From: Armatimonadota bacterium
GTDB taxonomy: Bacteria > Armatimonadota > HRBIN16
Reading direction: 5' to 3'
Assembly (NCBI GenBank): GCA_963677485.1
Contig: OY781964.1
Span: 1,888,001 to 1,952,000, forward strand
DNA: 64,000 bases
The translations under genes were made by a program, and so were the position numbers. The notes beneath the pieces are model-generated. The model was given only the letters and a program-made list of their open reading frames with translations. It ran no database searches and had not been told where the DNA came from. Of the stretch, positions 58,557 to 64,000 are shown piece by piece (the stretch's first letter is position 1; each line of letters opens with the position of its first letter).

Positions 58557-60392
58557 ATGAAACGGATCCGACGAGTTCTCACTGTATCAGTCCCAGCTAT
58601 TGCTGTCCTTCTCGGTCTGTTAATCTTGCCAGGACGCCTGACATGGCTATCGATGGTGAGTTTTGCCAATCACTACGACACTCTCACGACCTTTTTAGGG
58701 TATGAGGTGGTCCAAAGGTTGACGCCTGCGTTATGGATATATACCTCACAAGAGCTGCCGAAGGCCACAGATTTCCCTGAACCAAAAAACAAGCAGCAGG
58801 CTGACCGCATCTGGGTCGACTACAAACACCTCTACAGTGACCGCCCACTGTATGCGCTGTTAAGTGGTTATGTTGGATATGGCAGGGGAGAAACCATAGT
58901 CACCCCTGCTGTGCTTCAAACGCGACGTGAATACGTGGCTTTCATGCGTCGAGGCGAACAGCTCGATCCGACCAATGCGCTCTACAACATGGAACTTGCT
59001 GACTACTATTGGGATCAGGCGGTACGAATAGCTGACAATCCCGGCAAGCCTCTTACATCCGTTTTGCCCAAGAGAACGTATCGAAGCACATTGTCTCTAG
59101 TGAACAAAGGATACGTTGAAGTTGTGAACCCAGGCTACCTGCAGCGGGGGTATGATGAATACCAAAAGGCGATGGGCAAACAGCTCCGTCGGTACCAAAC
59201 GCAATCTGTGTGGCGAAAGATGGCAAAAATGTCGGGGCCATGGTTGGCAGAGCAGTATGAGATGCGCGTCATGATGGTAGATAGCGCAACGTCACACTTC
59301 GCCCGGCCCCAGAATCTGGATAAAGCAGTGGTCGCCTTCATGTTGCTGGGCAGGAGCAAAGAGGCGATGGAGTTACTTAAGCTGCCGCTTGTGTTCAAAC
59401 TGTTGACCTCCGACAGCCAAACCACCAGCCAGATGTGTGACGACATCCTGCGTGTGAGCCAAACAAATGTGCGGTTCAAGAGCGATATGGCCCTAATGAA
59501 GGGTGATGTTTCTCAGGCAGATCGGTACCTAGAGGCTTATAAGGGACTGATAAAAATGAGTTTCGTCCGATCTTACAATGAGCGTACCGGATACAAGCCC
59601 CACTGGTTATCACCAGCATTGGCTGGCAACATGAAGGTCCAGATGGCCTGGGACACAGCGATGATCGTGTTGGCCCATTTGTTGATTTGGTGCTGGTTCA
59701 GGCAGATCGGCTGGAAGCTGCTGCGAAGGCGACACAAAATCGCGCATGAACCGACATTCACAGCATCTGTGCAAGTGGCTGGTGCTGCCGGACTGGTTGG
59801 GCTCATTTGCAGTCTGTTGGTGATCGTGCTGATGTCTGGACAGGTTATCACTCAGAGCTTACCCATCATGCTGATCATCGTAGCCACCATCAGCGCGATG
59901 AGCTGGCTGTGGTTCCGCCACCTGTATAAGCGGTACTGTCAGCAGATAGGGATCTCCGTGCCGAGTCGGAGCAGCGAGATCGTGTGCAACTGGCTGCCCG
60001 TGCTGTTTGGTGCGGCGGTAGGGTGCCTGACCGTGGTGCTGTACAGGATGAATGATCAATCTCCCCTGGCGTTTGAATACAACATCGTGCCAGTCATCGG
60101 GGGGCTGCTCTGCCTTGCCATGATGGTGTGGGTTATGAGTCAAAAACTCCGCACCCACGACTACTACGCATTGGCAAACCGAGAGACGCAGCGGTTCGTG
60201 GCCTGGCTGGTGGTGTTCGTCTCCATCGGCGTGATGCCGCTGCTGATGGTGCAGGAGGTGGTGCTGCTTCGGCGCGACCATACCGGGCTGGGCGTGTATC
60301 AATCGGCGGAGCTATTGCAGGCACGTGAACAGGCACTAAACCGCCAGTTCGTGCAGCAGGTGCAGCGCATCCTGAAGGATGCGAAGCGGTAG
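58557..60392 (+). CDS. Tandem membrane-protein family, paralog 2
   Basis: ATG at 58557 after AAGGAG. Motifs 'DRPLYA', 'GEQLDPTNALYNM' and 'IGVMPLLMVQEV'. Confidence 0.8.
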   Translation: MKRIRRVLTVSVPAIAVLLGLLILPGRLTWLSMVSFANHYDTLTTFLGYEVVQRLTPALWIYTSQELPKATDFPEPKNKQQADRIWVDYKHLYSDRPLYALLSGYVGYGRGETIVTPAVLQTRREYVAFMRRGEQLDPTNALYNMELADYYWDQAVRIADNPGKPLTSVLPKRTYRSTLSLVNKGYVEVVNPGYLQRGYDEYQKAMGKQLRRYQTQSVWRKMAKMSGPWLAEQYEMRVMMVDSATSHFARPQNLDKAVVAFMLLGRSKEAMELLKLPLVFKLLTSDSQTTSQMCDDILRVSQTNVRFKSDMALMKGDVSQADRYLEAYKGLIKMSFVRSYNERTGYKPHWLSPALAGNMKVQMAWDTAMIVLAHLLIWCWFRQIGWKLLRRRHKIAHEPTFTASVQVAGAAGLVGLICSLLVIVLMSGQVITQSLPIMLIIVATISAMSWLWFRHLYKRYCQQIGISVPSRSSEIVCNWLPVLFGAAVGCLTVVLYRMNDQSPLAFEYNIVPVIGGLLCLAMMVWVMSQKLRTHDYYALANRETQRFVAWLVVFVSIGVMPLLMVQEVVLLRRDHTGLGVYQSAELLQAREQALNRQFVQQVQRILKDAKR

Positions 60393-60627
60393 GGGCATGG
60401 TCTCCACGCCCTGGGGCATAGCGTGGTTGCCCACAATTGCCATCCGTTCGATCCGTCGCATCAGTCCGATGCCCGGATTGTCTGAACCACGAATTACGCG
60501 GATGGCACGGATAGGTTCGGATGGGAAGGGAGGCCAATCGGGAGATTGGCGTTCCCAGGGAGGCGTTCCCGGGGGAAAACAACAATCTATCTATCGGGCA
60601 ATGATGCCTGAGGCAAAGGAGATACCA
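60393..60627 (+). repeat. Array linker copy 2
   Basis: Same sequence as copy 1 with a short internal duplication (GGCGTTCCC twice). Confidence 0.9.
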
Positions 60628-62460
60628 ATGAAGCGCACCATTTACCAAATGCTCATCACCATAGGGATCACCCTCATCGCTTACCTGGGCAGCCAGCTCT
60701 GGATCAGCCGGTATGAACAGCTTACAGCCACGCTGGAGTTGCACAACCCTCCGTCACTAAGCGAGATGGTCGGAACCAGGTGCAACATGGCTGAGGGGTT
60801 TCAAGTATGGCCAGATATGCTGGCCGATTTCGATAGACCATCACCCACCAAGAACTCCGATCATCATGCCGAAGACGCGATGAAGGTCATTAGGCAAAAA
60901 CATGACGAATATACCGACCAGGCTTTATATGCCATCATCACGGCGGACCTGTGGTATTACCGTGAAGAACCCGACAGTTTCCGCAGCCTGGCTGATATCA
61001 AGCGTCGACTACAGGACCACCTCTCCTTCCTCAGGTTGGGTCAAGCGCAAGATCCCATGAACGCACTATATGGCTGGCGGTTTGCGGATGCCCAGATGTC
61101 ATCTCTGGTCAACCGAAAACTGCTGGGCAAAAAGGTAAATCATACATCCCCTGTGAAGCACATTTTGTCTACACCTCGACATAAGGAGGCGTATTTGAGC
61201 ACCATCGATGGCAGCCAATTGAAACAAGCCGTCGGCGAATACCGCACCGCTTTACAGCATGTGATGCAGCTTCACTACTTTGATAAGCTACAGCCCACCT
61301 ATGTAAAACTCACAGCCCCGGTGATAACAGAGCATTATGCCTGGCGTGCGCATATCGCAACGTGTTATGACCACTACTTGTTTTTTGATGACCGCTCCTT
61401 GATATACCCTGTCGCCCGTCATCTGGCAAAGACCGGCGATGCTCCAGCGGCACATGCCATTCTAAACATGCCGTCGATATTACGGATGATCATGTCTGAC
61501 TCTCACGCGACTTCAGATCGGCGTTTTACCGCATGGCGGTATTTGGTCGACGCCTCCGCCACAGAATGGGATATCGCGAAAGAAGCGAAGAGGCCACAAG
61601 ACATGCGGTATTACCAGCGTGTCAACAAACAACTGGTGGCGTTTCTGCGAAAAATACCCTACCAATGGGAGTTATCAAACCGTCTGGCGGCCAACCTGAC
61701 TGCCCAATCCGTATGGGCCAACATCAACGTTCTGCTGGTGTGTGCGATGTTGGTATCATTTGCGAGCCAGTTGTTCTGGCTGGTTTACCGACGACTGAAG
61801 CGGATTCCGGTCGCGCCGTCCATTGGACTACGAGCGTCTGTCAGAACGGCATTAGGAACAGTGGCGGGCGGTCTGATTTTTACCATATCTCTGTTGGTGA
61901 TCGCCCCTGCCCCATCACAACTGAACTCATGGGTGATGATGGCAGCCTACTACGTTATCATCGCGATGATGGTATCTGGATGGGTCATCTTCCGGCATCA
62001 GTTCAAACAGCAATGTGAACATATGGATATCGAAATTCCTGACCGCTGGACCGAAGCCGTCTTTAACTGGGTTCCTGCTTTGTGTGTGGTGGGCGTATGG
62101 GCAGCACTGAACTACAACCGCAACTACAGGGTTTTTACATGGGATGCATACGGCGTGTATGCTCTGATGATCGTTGTGTGCCTGCTTCTTCTTACACCTG
62201 TCGTGCTGACCAAATGGCGATACTCTCATTACTATGCCGAAGCCAGTCGGCAGACGAATTTCCTGCTTGCCGTGATGGCGGTGACTATCTCCATCGGTGT
62301 GATGCCGCTGCTGATGGTGCAGGAGGTGACGCTGCTTCGGCGCGACCATACCGGGCTGGGCGCGTATCAATCGGCGGAGCTATTGCAGGCACGTGAACAG
62401 GCACTAAACCGCCAGTTCGTGCAGCAGGTGCAGCGCGTCCTGAAGGATGCGGAACGGTAA
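60628..62460 (+). CDS. Tandem membrane-protein family, paralog 3
   Basis: ATG at 60628. Motifs 'DQALYA' and 'GQAQDPMNALY'. C-terminus nearly identical to paralog 2. Confidence 0.8.
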   Translation: MKRTIYQMLITIGITLIAYLGSQLWISRYEQLTATLELHNPPSLSEMVGTRCNMAEGFQVWPDMLADFDRPSPTKNSDHHAEDAMKVIRQKHDEYTDQALYAIITADLWYYREEPDSFRSLADIKRRLQDHLSFLRLGQAQDPMNALYGWRFADAQMSSLVNRKLLGKKVNHTSPVKHILSTPRHKEAYLSTIDGSQLKQAVGEYRTALQHVMQLHYFDKLQPTYVKLTAPVITEHYAWRAHIATCYDHYLFFDDRSLIYPVARHLAKTGDAPAAHAILNMPSILRMIMSDSHATSDRRFTAWRYLVDASATEWDIAKEAKRPQDMRYYQRVNKQLVAFLRKIPYQWELSNRLAANLTAQSVWANINVLLVCAMLVSFASQLFWLVYRRLKRIPVAPSIGLRASVRTALGTVAGGLIFTISLLVIAPAPSQLNSWVMMAAYYVIIAMMVSGWVIFRHQFKQQCEHMDIEIPDRWTEAVFNWVPALCVVGVWAALNYNRNYRVFTWDAYGVYALMIVVCLLLLTPVVLTKWRYSHYYAEASRQTNFLLAVMAVTISIGVMPLLMVQEVTLLRRDHTGLGAYQSAELLQAREQALNRQFVQQVQRVLKDAER

Positions 62461-62679
62461 GGGCGTGGTCTCCACGCCCTGGGGCATGGCGCGCCCATAG
62501 TTGCCATCCGTCCGATCCGTCCCATCCGTCGGATTCCCGGATTGTCTGAACCACGGATTACGCGGATGGCGCGGATAGGTTCGGATGGAGAGGGAGGCCA
62601 ATCGGGAGATTGGCGTTCCCGGGGGGGAAAACAACAATGCAACTATCGGGCAATGATGCCTGAGGCAAAGGAGATACCC
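62461..62679 (+). repeat. Array linker copy 3
   Basis: Same sequence as copies 1 and 2. Confidence 0.9.
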
Positions 62680-64000
62680 ATGAAGCGGTTCCTGTTATCA
62701 TTCGTCATCTGGTCACTGATCACGGCAGCGACTGCCGGGTTGGTGGTCGTCAGTGCGATTCGTCTCGTCAAGCTGCGCTCCCTTTGCCATGAACTCTGTA
62801 TAAGTATCACTCCTCAAGTAATAGATGATATGATCTGGCAGATTTCCTGGTTTGCACCTGAGCGTGAGTTGCCGTTTTCACTGGGAACATACTTTAGTCC
62901 CCTGACTCCCACATCTGCCACCAAGCTCTGGATGAACCACCGAAAGGAATACGGTGACCGGGCACTCTACGCTCTGCTGGCACAAAAGATCCGAAACAAG
63001 CCTGTTGAAGACATTTATTCACCCATACCGATCGTCCGTGCAGACTACGTGGCGTTCATGAGGCGTGGCGAGAAGATGGATCCGGGGAATGCGCTATACA
63101 ACCTGAAGCTGGCTCGACAATACTGGAGTTGCGCTGTGCGGTTCCAACCCAATGCGATCGCGATATCGAAACCACATGGCATATGTATGGCGCCATCTAT
63201 GGCTGAGCCATCGACAACACCATACCTCAGTCAAATCTACCAAAACACACGAAATGGACGAATGCGCGTCATCAACCAGCAGTACCTTGACCTGGGGATA
63301 TCGGAATACCGCAAGGCTATGCGTAAACAACTCAGTACCTATGAGCCTGACCTGATAAGGAGAGCCATTAAGGCGCAACCCACCGCGTGGTGGACCGATG
63401 ACTACTACCAGAGGCTCTGCCTGTCATACCTTATGAGTGCTTGATCGATGGAGATGTTCCGTGCCCATAGCGATGTTGTGAAAGCTCTGGTACAAAACGG
63501 TAGACATCAGCAAGCGCTGGAATTGTTAAATGTGAACGCGTACGCCAACACCATGCTTGGTGATGCGGACGTGCCAGATTCCGTGCTCCAGACCACCATG
63601 TTGCAGATATGCGAGGATGTGGCCATGAGTCATGATATCGAACTGGTGGCAGGCCACAATGAAAAAGCGGAAATACTCCGCCTGCTTTATGACAGGTTCC
63701 GATATGACCGGTTGGATGATAGCGCACGCATCGATAGCGACTATGAACCCTCGCAGATTACAATGGCGACCCTCGTGTTGCAGGTCATTTGGCTGACAAT
63801 AGTGATTGTCTGTGTTTTGCTGATGTATATTGGCGCATTGCGACAGGCTGGATGGTGGGCAGTGAAGCTTTGCTCACGACATCGCACCGTACCTGCGGCA
63901 GACCCATACATCCCTGGCTACATCAGGCGAAAGACTGCACGTGCGATGTGCATCGCAACCGCCGTCATTCTAGTTCCGTGGCCCTACTTGGTTACATATC
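62680..64000 (+). pseudogene. Tandem membrane-protein family, paralog 4, with an in-frame TGA at 63442-63444 (runs off the window end)
   Basis: Motifs 'DRALYA' and 'GEKMDPGNALYNL'. The same frame stays open after the TGA to base 64000 and still matches the paralogs ('LVQNGRHQQALELLNVNAY'). Confidence 0.75.

Noticed and set aside
58337-62679. Classical integron attC sites in the array linkers
   Set aside because: No clear RYYYAAC...GTTRRRY pair bounding a long hairpin, no intI, and conservation extends into coding sequence, unlike attC cassettes.
34635-63444. Genome-wide stop-codon reassignment explaining the two in-frame stops
   Set aside because: TAG terminates fba, greA and lysS at their expected ends and TGA terminates other intact genes. 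The two interrupting codons also differ from each other.

Overview
This is a 64-kb bacterial chromosomal segment of moderately high GC. The dockerin-like 'NGDADG.QVNLFDF' modules and many secreted glycoside hydrolases suggest an Armatimonadota-like polysaccharide degrader (inference only). Housekeeping genes (fba, greA-lysS, dut, tRNA-Thr) are interspersed with several large secreted glycoside hydrolases, two abortive-infection/TA loci (AbiE-like pair; AbiF/Abi_2 with a downstream candidate RNA antitoxin), a DUF362/polyferredoxin operon and a five-gene atypical fimbrial cluster. The most notable items are: (1) a SPASM radical SAM enzyme co-transcribed with two paralogous zinc-ribbon proteins sharing an invariant VVQSAMCY motif; (2) a 1.65-kb insertion element whose protein shows no DDE triad I can recognise and has Rep-like and wHTH features, which splits an FGE-domain gene at a CTA duplication; (3) a tandem array of at least 4 divergent membrane-protein paralogs joined by near-identical ~400-bp linkers; (4) two genes split by single in-frame stop codons; and (5) many families of REP/MITE-like intergenic repeats. 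All family assignments come from motif recognition by eye, not from database searches.
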